Shown: in pieces, positions 28,901 to 40,189 of the stretch
Numbering within the stretch: position 1 is the first letter of the stretch
How the letters are laid out: each line of letters begins with the position of its first letter
Assembly (NCBI RefSeq): GCF_022539665.2
Contig: NC_081331.1
Location: forward strand, 6,262,001-6,326,000
DNA from: Daphnia carinata
Lineage: Eukaryota
Length of the DNA: 64,000 nucleotides
Direction of reading: 5' to 3'
Program-made: the position numbers and the translations under genes
The notes under the pieces: generated by a model
What the model was told of the DNA's origin: nothing
The model's database searches: none
The model's input: only the letters and a program-made list of their open reading frames with translations

Positions 28901-31246
28901 TAGTTGCTGGTCGCTTGCTTTATAATAAATCTTTTTTTCTGAACTTGTCTTTCACTGCATGGTTGAAATGTTTTTTTTATATTTTGGGTAATTGATTATT
29001 CAAACAAGAACGACTCAACTGGAAAACCTGTTAAGCCACCGCAGTTCAAAAACCATTCGATAGATGGATTTATTGAAGAATTATTCCTTAGAAGTAATAA
29101 AATCCTAAACATTTTTACGCAAGTTTTTCTTTGATTTGTGTTACGCCTAGTCAATTTCCCATAAGCAAGTCATACGGGTAGAAGCCGTTGCACTCTTGCC
29201 TCACTCAACGATTTTCTGTTATCACTTCGACATTGCAACGCTTACCATTTACCTTTGGACAGTGTTTGTATGAAGCACTATTTCAAATATAGCTTTCGTA
29301 GTCGGTAATATGAAACTGGCAATTCCATGTAATAGGCTGCATTGTCATTATTCATTTATTAATGAGAAGTGATCTCGACTTTGTTCTTTTCTATATTAGC
29401 CAATATTGTAAATTTGTGCTTGATTTTTTATTTCTCACTTCCGCATTTCGTTAAATTACTGTTGCAGTATGCAATTTAAAAAAATTAGACTACTTTTAAC
29501 TGACGTAACTAAAAAAAAATTCTAGTAAAATGAATATCGAAAGAGTTTTAATTATTGGATTAAAATAACTGAGCTTCAAAAATTTTACGGGAATCTATCA
29601 CCAAGTCTCGATTGCAGTGACGTGCGATTCCAGACTTTAACACGTTGAATTTTTTCGCATGTAATTAAGTAGTATTTCTTCAGGAGAAAAAACAGCATTT
29701 TCCATAGAGTAGTCATGTCGGTTTCATACAGCCGGGACTGTTACAAACGAATCCAATTTCGTCAGTTATAGTTCTCGCGCGGAAGTCATTGTCTCAACCG
29801 ATGCCAACGCCCGAAAGCCTCTTTTGCGTTGTGATCAAATTTCGTAGGTAAAACACAGCCGTTATGGCAGAACGACGAATGGTTCCTATACCTCGCTTTT
29901 CGACGATTCGATTGCAACATTTTTCGGGTGAAAAACTACTGAGAACGACTCTAAAACGAACAAAAATGCTGAGATGATAAAAGTCGGAAAAAGGGCGAGC
30001 GTTGTCGGCCGCCATTATATTGCAATCCATTCTCAACTCGGTTTCGCCCTCTAGATTCGTTGACTCTCGTATAATAAGAATATCTAGGTTTTATTCCCAA
30101 AAACCTTGCATTTCTAAGTTATTGAAAAAATCATTTAGATGAAACAATATGCCAGACGAGCTAAATATGAAACATAACGATAAAAAATAAAAATAAACAA
30201 GCCAAAGTTATGAGTCTCCAAACGTGGCTTCGGTTTCAAATCGGATCGAGGCATTTCCCTCGCCGAGTCATCGTTTGTCGCCTCAGCGAAAACTGCAAGC
30301 AAAAATTGTCGACTTAGCAAATTAATTCATGTAATTTGTTAAATGCAGAATATGCATGTCAACATTCTTATTACACAAAAACAATGTATGTCTGTGTTTT
30401 AGTAAATAGATATCCTATATAGAGGAAACGAAAAGGATCAAAAAACGTTTCAACTCGTTTCTGTCCTTCTGAAACTGAAGAGCATAACTATTTTTCGTTC
30501 AAAGAAAAACACAACAATACTTGCTCGAATCGAACCGTGATTGACATTACCATAATCTACTCGATTCAGAGATTCGTTTAATGTAACTTTACGTTCGTTT
30601 CAACAACGTTTTGATATTAAAACCAGCGAAAAAAGATTGAATGTTGGGGACAAGAGAACGGTGAAAAACAAGATGGGGCTCAGCGCGCGCGCGGGACGCC
30701 CAACGTCGTTTGTGTTTCTTCTTTGACTTTGGCTATTTCCAGAAATTCGCCAAATCAACATAAAAATTAACTGGTCATTGATTTCAATAGAAAATTCTCT
30801 GCTGAATAGAAGTATGTTAGTTTCTAAATATTTCCTTTAAAAAACAACAGTTGGCAGAATTTAATTGAAGGGCATCATTAGATCGCGAATGGACCGACGA
30901 ACGATTCAAATCTTTACGATGAAGACGAAATTTTTTCCACGTAAAGAAGAGCACACATTCTGATAGAAGAAAACATGGCCTTTCTAATGCTGTTACTTTG
31001 AAATCGATGCGACAATTAGAAATGTGTGAAATAATTGATAGAATCGGATCTACAAGCACAGTCAAGACCCAAAACTTCCAAACGGCTAGCGCATTCGGAC
31101 TTTTTCCTCCCGTTTAACTCTGAAACGTCCGCACACCGAGTACAAATAGCTGATTTCCCCCTCCAGTCAGGATTGTACTCTCTTGCTAGTAGTTTCGCTT
31201 CTCTTTTCTCTCTTATTACCACACGCCATTCTCTCACCAATCCAAG

Positions 31247-32272
31247 ATGGCCGAAGAAACAAACGTCGTTGCTGAAACCGTTGCTGAACAGCCTGCTGCT
31301 GTCGCCGCTTCTCCTGCAGCCAAGCCCAAAAAAGCCGGTAAAGTAGCCAAATCATCGGCAGCCAAAGCTCCCGCCGCCAAAAAGACACGACCGGCTGCGG
31401 CCAAAAAGGTAGCTTCTCCCGTGAAGACTGTTGCTGCTGCTACACCGAAACCAAAGAAAGTCGCCAAGCCCGCTGCTGCTTCTGCTCACCCACCATACCT
31501 CGAGATGGTCACCAAGGCCGTCGTTGCTCTCAAGGAACGCAGCGGATCTTCCCGCCAGGCCATCCTCAAGTACATCCTCGCCAACTTCCAGGTAATTGCT
31601 ATTTTTATTTTCAAATTCAATCCATTGAAAGTTACCTAACTATCTTATTTTGTTATCCAGGTCGGCTCTGACCCCAAATCCGCCAATCTCCACTTGAAGC
31701 AGGCCCTTAAGCGTGGTGTTACGTCCGGAGTCCTTAAGAACACCAAGGTAATTTAGACTCATCAGCCTAAATATTTCGTTGAAACATTCAATTAATGTTT
31801 GAATTTCTTTTGAAATTATTAGGGTGCCACTGGCGCTGCTGGATCTTTCCGTGTTTCTGCTGAGGCCATGAAGCCCAAGAAGGTCGACAAGAAGGTGAAA
31901 CCGGTCGTTGCCAAAAAGCCTAAAGTTGTGAAGAAGGTTTCGTCCCCCAAGAAGCCCAAGGCTGCTGCCAAGAAGCCCGCTTCGCCCAAGAAGGCCGTCA
32001 AGAAAGCCGCACCGGCCGCTGCCAAGCCCAAGGTTGCCAAGGTAGCCAAGCCCGCTGCCAAGAAGGCCGCTGCCCCAGCTGCCAAGAAGCCCGCCGCAGC
32101 CAAGAAAGCCGCTGCCCCGAAGAAGGCGGCCGTTAAGGCCCCCAAGCCCAAGGTAGCCAAGCCAGCACCTTCTCCCAAGAAGGCCGCACCCAAGAAGGCT
32201 ACCGCCGCCAAGGCAGCCAAAGCAGCCAAGTCCCCTAAAGCCGCCACCAAGAAAGCCGTTGCCAAGAAATAG
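31247..32272 (+). CDS. Linker histone H1, intron-containing (H1.0/H5-like globular domain), copy A; exons 31247-31591, 31661-31747, 31823-32272; 293 aa
   Basis: Globular domain [34 protein letters not shown]...[12 protein letters not shown]...[11 protein letters not shown]-rich tails with SPKK motifs. Two phase-0 GT-AG introns. AATAAA at ~32516. Confidence 0.95.
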
Positions 32273-33553
32273 ATACATTTCATCAGTTTAATAGCTCAAT
32301 AGCACCATCTCTTCTCAGTTTGAACTGCATCGCGATTCACTGACTTCAAAAGGGTAAACTGAAAAGCTCATTCATGAAGATCTCCATGTCGACGGCTGAT
32401 TCATCTTCAGTTCATTTGTACATTCATCATCCCCATATCTAGACATCCATTTTCATCATTATACAAAATATCTTGTTGAAAGAAGCGCGACTTGTACATA
32501 TAATATTAGCAATCTAATAAATGAAAAATGACATTATACCTTTGTGTTGTTAATTTTTCTCCGTTTTGAATTTTAACAGCTGGAACATAATATGATTTAG
32601 AAAAGATATTAAAATTACTGATACGGTTTTCTTATCTATGTCTGCAATACACAGTTTGGTTTTCTCAGAAAACAGTACATAAGCGTTTCTTTCCACACTA
32701 CTCACCTAACGCAGTATAACACTGGTGTTGGGTTGTTTAATGCCATTTGTTTCGTTATAAAATGTAACGAAGGGTAAGTTTGTCGCTATTTCGTTTGTTT
32801 CCCGCTAGACAGCGTGTACTTCTTCATGGACGTAATTTTTGGAGGGAATTTAACCAGATTTTTAACTAAATGTTATTGCACGTCTTTATTAAAGTAAGGA
32901 CATTTTCAGTCACTTTCTTTGGAACTTAGGTATTTCTTAAGCAACGTCTTCTACATTTCTGTGTTGGTAAGATGAACCCACTCGTCAAAAGCCAACATCA
33001 CCACGAACTAGCCAACATAATTTAAAACGTAACGTTTTCAAAAATAAAACTTACCAACCTCGACGGCATCGCAGTGTGTATCTTTGTAGAACATACCTAT
33101 GGTTTCGACGACAATAACGATGATGGTGAACATCGCGGTCTACCTAAGTTTCTTTTCAGTCACCCTGTTTAAATATCGTCGTTCTTACTACAAATTGTTT
33201 ATCCACCGATCCTTCAACATACTCAGTGTTCGACTTTCAAATTGGATTATGAAATATGATAAAGTTTTCAATGAAGAAGTTTAAAAAACTCAAGTACAAG
33301 CGGAGAACATCTCTGTCATTTGCATTGTTTCAAGGAGACATTGCTTACAACTGCCACCTAGTGTTTAGATATAGTGAACCCTTTCAGTCTCACTAAAAGT
33401 CAGAGATGTTCTCCACCTGTGAGAAGGATGAATAAACAATCGTATGGTGTTTCGTTACCTTACAACTATGGCAGTCTTCTAAGAACATAATGCAAAAATT
33501 TGATAAATGCAGGTTACTCGAATGTTTCAGTTAACAACCTATCAGAGCTTTAC

Positions 33554-33697
33554 CTGGAATCACATCCTTGCCCAGGAGGCTTACTGAAGGAAGGACCACC
33601 ATTTGAACAAGCTTGCCTTCCATGCTTTTACTAGCCATTATACAAAACCTAGCTCCTTGGGGACATTGCACCAAAGGACTGCCTGCAGTGATTTTGC
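33554..33697 (-). pseudogene. Isolated exon-like segment (possible remnant of a small Cys-containing protein gene) in the spacer between the H1 copies
   Basis: 144 nt open frame bounded by ttttag and gtaaag (KITAGSPLVQCPQGARFCIMAS...). Nearby exon-like pieces (~33055-33130, ~32940-33008) include an in-frame stop. Confidence 0.2.
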
Positions 33698-34944
33698 CTA
33701 AAAACCAAAGAAAAAGTTGTATTCACCGTGTGCTTTAAAAATCAAACAAATATGAAATAATTTAAATTAAGCAAAATACTAGGGAATTTATTGTAAAATT
33801 TTGAATTTTTTTTTCAGCAGTTCGCGATGAAAAACTGTTAACTTTATTAGAACTCTAGCGGAAATTTTTCGAACTTAGCGTAATACCATCCATCAAAGTG
33901 AAATTGTTTAACACCCCTTTTAGAAAAAATAAACAACTCACCAATACTTCTAATTAATTGAAACTTTGTCAAAAGCTACAAAGATGTCGTAACTTATCGT
34001 TTAAATCCTCGGGAATTCCGAAACAAAAATGCATCTTTCTTCATAGTTGGCTGAGCCACCTAGCGAGTATGGCGATTTTAAGTACCACTACCTCTCATAT
34101 TGATGGGAAACTTCCTCCGTTTATTTTTCCTATTTTTTGTAGTTGTTTCGAGTAGCATCAGTTGGCAAACTTTACTGGGTTTGAAATTTGAATTGTGTTA
34201 AGAAAATGTCGAAGAATTGGCTGTGGTGAGAAGAGGCTTTATGCATCCGAATTTGGTAAAATTTTGAAACCAACGTTATTAGATCTCGTTTGTGGATGGC
34301 TGGTTCGATCCAAATAAGCAGAAATGATAAATCAAATATAGCAATGCGTCACTTAAAATAGTAAGACTGAAAAAAAAACTTCCAAAGTAAGAATTGTGAC
34401 CATAATAAATTAATTAAATAATATGAAACAGGACTATCGATAGATCACGGAAATAAGCATGTATCAGGATTAATATAGCAACCCAAATATCCAAACAAAT
34501 TCGAATTAATCACCTGCCCCACCAAATTGACGTTCATCAATACTTAACACTGGTACCTGGTGTTCAGTTGCATCTTCCTCTTACCCGCTAACACGATCTG
34601 TCCGTCACATTTGGACCCGTTCATCAAAGCTGCTGTAGTCAAACAGTCACGTTGAAAAATTATTTAAATTTCAAGGCGAACTTACTGTAAATACGAAATT
34701 TTATTTCTTAAATTGCCATTATTTATATGTACAAGCCGCGCTTCTTTCAACAAGATATTCGTATAATGATGGGAAATGGATGTCTAGATATTGGGATGAT
34801 GAATGATAGAATGTACAGATGAGTTCATGGGGCATCGGTCGCAGGTATGGAGATCTTCATGAATGAGGTTTCGATTTTCCTTTTGAAGTCAGCGATTCGC
34901 GAACTGGGAAGAGGTTACTAAGGTATTGAACTGATGAAAGGTAT

Positions 34945-35973
34945 CTATTTCTTGGCAACTGCTTTCTTTGTGGCGGCTTTGGGAGATTTGGCGGCTTTGG
35001 CTGCCTTTGCGGCGACGGCCTTTTTGGGTGCGACTTTCTTCGGAGAAGCAGCTGGTTTGGCAACCTTGGGTTTCGGTGCCTTAACGGCCGCTTTCTTGGG
35101 AGCAGCGGCTTTCTTGGCCGCAACGGGCTTCTTGGCGGCAGGTGCAGCAGCCTTCTTGGCAGCAACAGGCTTAGCTACTTTGGGCTTTGCGGCAGCCGGT
35201 GCGGCTTTCTTGACGGCAGCGATGGCCTTCTTGGGTGCAGCGGGTTTCTTAGCAGCAGCCTTTGGTTTCTTTGGAGACGAAACCTTCTTCACAACTTTAG
35301 GTTTCTTGGCAACGACTGGTTGCACCTTCTTGTCGACCTTCTTGGGCTTCATGGCCTCAGCAGAAACACGGAAAGATCCAGCAGCGCCAGTGGCACCCTA
35401 ATAATTTCAAAAGAAATTCAAACATTAATTGAATGTTTCAACGAAATATTTAGGCTGATGAGTCTAAATTACCTTGGTGTTCTTAAGGACTCCGGAGGTA
35501 ACACCACGCTTAAGGGCCTGCTTCAAGTGGAGATTGGCGGATTTGGGGTCAGAGCCGACCTGGATAACAAAATAAGATAGTTAGGTAACTTTCAATGGAT
35601 TGAATTTGAAAATAAAAATAGCAATTACCTGGAAGTTGGCGAGGATGTACTTGAGGATGGCCTGGCGGGAAGATCCGCTGCGTTCCTTGAGAGCAACGAC
35701 GGCCTTGGTGACCATCTCGAGGTATGGTGGGTGAGCAGAAGCAGCAGCGGGCTTGGCGACCTTCTTTGGTTTCGGTGTAACAGCAGCAACAGTCTTCACG
35801 GGAGAAGCTACCTTTTTGGCCGCAGCCGGTCGTGTCTTTTTGGCGGCGGGAGCTTTGGCTGCCGATGATTTGGCTACTTTACCGGCTTTTTTGGGCTTGG
35901 CTGCAGGAGAAGCGGCGACAGCAGCGGGCTGTTCAGCAACGGTTTCAGCAACGACGTTTGTTTCTTCGGCCAT
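34945..35973 (-). CDS. Linker histone H1, copy B; exons 35629-35973, 35473-35559, 34945-35397; 294 aa
   Basis: Inverted paralogue of copy A with the same exon structure and an intact frame. Confidence 0.95.
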
Positions 35974-38900
35974 CTTGGATTGGTGAGAGAATGGCGTGTG
36001 GTAATAAGAGAGAAAAGAGAAGCGAAACTACTAGCAAGAGAGTACAATCCTGACTGGAGGGGGAAATCAGCTATTTGTACTCGGTGTGCGGACGTTTCAG
36101 AGTTAAACGGGAGGAAAAAGTCCGAATGCGCTAGCCGTTTGGAAGTTTTGGGTCTTGACTGTGCTTGTAGATCCGATTCTATCAATTATTTCACACATTT
36201 CTAATTGTCGCATCGATTTCAAAGTAACAGCATTAGAAAGGCCATGTTTTCTTCTATCAGAATGTGTGCTCTTCTTTACGTGGAAAAAATTTCGTCTTCA
36301 TCGTAAAGATTTGAATCGTTCGTCGGTCCATTCGCGATCTAGTGATGCTCTTCAATTAAATTCTGCCTACTGTTGTTTTTTAAAGGAATCATTTAGAAAC
36401 TAACACAGTTTTATTCAGCAGAGAATTTCCTATCGAAATCAATGACTTGTTGATTTTTATGTTGGTTTGGCGAATTTCTGGAAATAGCCAAAGTCAAAGA
36501 AGAAACACAAACGACGTTGGGCGTCCCGCGCGCGCGCTGAGCCCCATCTTGTTTTTCACCGTTCTCTTGTCCCCAACATTCAATCTTTTTTTGCTGGTTT
36601 TAATATCAAAACATTGTTGAAACGAACGTAAAGTTACATTAAACGAATCTCTGAATCGAGTAGATTATAGTTATGTCAATCACAGTTGGATTCGAGCAAG
36701 TTTTGTTGTGTTTTTCTTTGAACGAAAAGTTGTGTTGCCATTCGACTTTGGACGAGAAGAGAAATGGGTTGAAACATTCCGTTAGCGTTTGTCGTTGCCT
36801 CTATCTTCATGTTGGCCATTATTTAAATTCATTAGTACGAAATATTTCCGTTTACATGTTAATGAATATGTTGTGGACACCATCAAATGAATTGTTTATA
36901 TTAATTCATTTAGTAGACATTTTTCGTAAGCAATTGCAGCTTTGCACAAGAAAGGCTGGCTTGATGAAGAACTGCGCCGATCCGATTCGAAACCGAAGCG
37001 GCGGTTGGAGACTAGAAACAACTTAAGCACCTTGTCATGCATTTTTTCTTTCGGGTTGGAATTTCTTACTGATTAATTTAGTAGAAGTGTATAATTTCAT
37101 CTTATTGATCTTCCTAATAAACTGAAAATGCAAGATATTCTGGAACAAAAATGCCCTTATCTACGAGTGAGTCGACCAAGCTGTAGAGGGCGAAATCGAG
37201 TCGAGAGTGGATTGCGTTATGATGGCGGCCAACAACGCTTGCTCTTTTTCCGAATTTTGATATCCCAAGTTTTCTGTTCAGTAACTAGGATATTCCGACT
37301 CGTTTTCCCACCCAAAATATAAAAATCGAATCGCCGAAAATCGGAGAATAAGATTCATTCAACGTCCTACCATAACGGTAGTGTTTTATCTACGAATTTA
37401 ATATCAAAAGGAAATAAGGCTTTCGGGCGTCGACATCGGTTGAGACAATGACCTCAGCAAACAATTTATTTTCGAACTCGAAACTTTTTTCGATGCCTTC
37501 GCTCTTATTCGATGAAAATAAATTAAATTAGAAAAGTAATGAGGGCATTTTACGACGAGACCATTGTGTTTGACAGAAACTAGTCATTGATGTTTTCTAT
37601 TGACTGAGTATCAGGTACAGAAATAGCCCTTGTAGTTAGCAGTTCGTTGCGGATTACATTGCATCTTTTTTCAAGTCATTTCGTGTCCGCAGTGTCTCAC
37701 GACGACGAGAAATCGTTTTTGTTCTAATTCGATTATTAAGACTCCTACCAAAATGTTCGTTCAACGTCAAAGTTAACGACCTCTTCGCTTGAAAAAAAGA
37801 AACGATGGCGTCGTTTGTTTCCAAGGCCATTTGATGCCTGCCTCAAGTTTTTTTCCAACTTTCTTGTGTGGCACAGTTAATGCTACGCACGTAGGTCGTT
37901 TTCGCAACTCCGTTCGCGTTTTGCTATGATTTTCATTGAGAACTATGGCAGGAGGGATGATGTTAGTTAACGGGAATCGTAAGACGTACGAATAATAGGG
38001 AGAGGTGGTAGTGCGTACATAGTTGAGCATTAGATTGAGGTCAATCCGAATCACGGTTTCGTTCAAAAGACTTGTTGCTGTAACTTTGAACAGGTTTTAT
38101 TATTCTTTCTTAGTTCTTCTTGTTTATTTTTCATTTTATCCTCGACTCTGCTTTAAGTCCTTTGCCTTTAGATATCTTTTGATTCGTGTGGACAAGAAAA
38201 CAACTCTTGTACACTAGATTTGTGTATGCCAATTGTTCGTGTGTTGTGAATCAATGTGGGAAAATCTCGTTCGGTTAATTTTGCAAATCTATTTTTGCTT
38301 CTTCCAACGTCCTCAATCCTACAGCACATCGAATGTTGTGTAGACATGAATTAGGGTCTACCAGACACTACTAAAATCAGATGCAAATTTTGTTTCATCA
38401 TTTGATATTTTGTAGTTCGCATTAAAGTTAAGTGAAGCTTCAGTTTTTGAAAAAATGGCGTTGCCGAATTATCTCTGCCCTTCTGTACAATACTCGCAGT
38501 CGAGATAATGTGGTAGGTGGCGCCGAGTGGGAGTTGGAACTCAGAGGGGGGTGGAAAGAGGGGGCAGGGCACTAAAACTTTTTCCCGCGCCCGCTAAAAA
38601 ACGGGTTTCCTATTTTTGTTTCTTCTCTTGTATTAACACTAGCGCCACCGCTGTGTATTGTGGCCTCCTGGCAGCTGGACGAATCGCTTTGGACCATCCA
38701 AAACAACAAAAGATCGAGAGGAAAAAGATTATTCCTGTTGTTCTTTCGTCTTTTCTTCCTTCCCTCTGATGTACCCTACGTATTCATGTTTTATTCAATA
38801 AAATTTTCTATCACTTTAGAATTGACATGTAAAGCAGCTGCCCATTCAAGGTAAAGGTCTTTTGATGTAGAGAACTTGAACAATTCCTGCAATAGTTGCC

Positions 38901-39049
38901 AATCAAAAAGCATTTTGTGCATTTGCTCTGTTAGAAAGATCATGCGACAAAGATGATCGTATAGGAGATCAGTTTGAAACCAGCTGAATTATAAGGCAAT
39001 TTTTTTTTCTTTATTTTTAACGGTGGTGGTATGTTAAAAGCTATTCGAT

Positions 39050-39560
39050 GAGCAAAGGGTAAATGGCTGGAAGCATCTTTGTTGATGGCTGTTGTCTGAA
39101 GAGTTTTGGCGGGAACGATTCATATCTTTCATGAATTCTGGGCCAGTTTGGAGCAAATGCCTCTATCAGCAATTAACTTTCCTTACAAGATAATCCCTAG
39201 ACCGTCGTTTTAGATCGCAAGAAGCACAGCATCAATTTACTTGTAACCCAGTGGCTGAAACCGCTCTGACAGCGTCGTGATCTTCTATATTGTGGAATGT
39301 TGCCCCAAAAATCATTGTAACGCTCATTAACGAAGTCTAGGGAAGTAATAAAAGCCCTGGCAGCTGTTGAATTAAGCAAAGATTGTACTAAAAAAAATTT
39401 CTAGTGTTACAAAAATATGCTGCCGGCACTTATACTCGAGTTGTCAATGATCGTTGACAATGCTTGCTGAATAGCATGTAACTGTTTGAACACTAGGAAT
39501 CTAACGGCAGTAATCTGCTATCTAGGTATTTGCCAGTTTGGCTTGCCATACCCTTTGGTC
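39050..39560 (-). mobile_element. Possible highly decayed non-LTR retrotransposon RNase H remnant
   Basis: Stop-interrupted translation VFKQLHAIQQAL...SIFL...SHWVTS...LIADR loosely follows the RNase H motif order (AELxAIxxAL, IFxDS, WVPSH, GNExAD). Confidence 0.2.
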
Positions 39561-40189
39561 TGTGAACTTTTATGCCGAACTAATCTTAGAGAATAGCTAT
39601 CTACAGGGGAGACGCGCATTCCACTTCCTGGAGGCTAATTTAAACATGATGGCAAGCTGGCCACAACTACGGTGGAAACGGCAGCCAAAAGCTTTGAAAA
39701 GGAAATACCTCCATAAATACCCTAAGGTAAAGAGTAATCAGGGGAGGAGGGGGTGAGGGTGACTCGGCGAGGGGAACAGAAAAATGTTGTGTTAAGTCGA
39801 CCGGACGAGGGTAACTAGATTGCAGGTTATTCATCTTAATGATTTTAACAATATTCACTGACAAACTCTTGAAGGAAAAACATAATTTTTTTAAAGCTAT
39901 AGTAACAACGAAAAAACAATCGCACAATGAATGAGTACAGTGTTTTAAAACGTGAACACCACAATTTTATAAATCATCCCAAAGACATTTTTACATGAGC
40001 AAAACTACCTGAGGTATTATAAACCCAACCTCACAAAGAAAAAAAAACTGGATTGTGCTTGAAAATCAATTACGATCATTTTGACTTCAGTGATGCCCAT
40101 AATGGAATAACACAGTTTTGCACACACAATCAGATGGGTTGAGCACCAAGCTGATCTTGGTACTGTTATCTAAATTGTGTTCATTTGTT

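Larger units (their letters stand above)
29785..37452. repeat. Inverted segmental duplication (arms ~29785-32527 and ~34698-37452, spacer ~2.2 kb), each arm carrying one H1 gene
   Basis: Reverse-complement matches from GTCATTGTCTCAACCGATG at the outer ends through the promoter, exons and introns to the 3' UTR block AGAAGCGCG.CTTGTACATA. Confidence 0.95.

Noticed and set aside
31640..35401. Long antisense ORFs over the H1 tails
   Set aside because: Shadow frames produced by AAG/GCC-rich codons.
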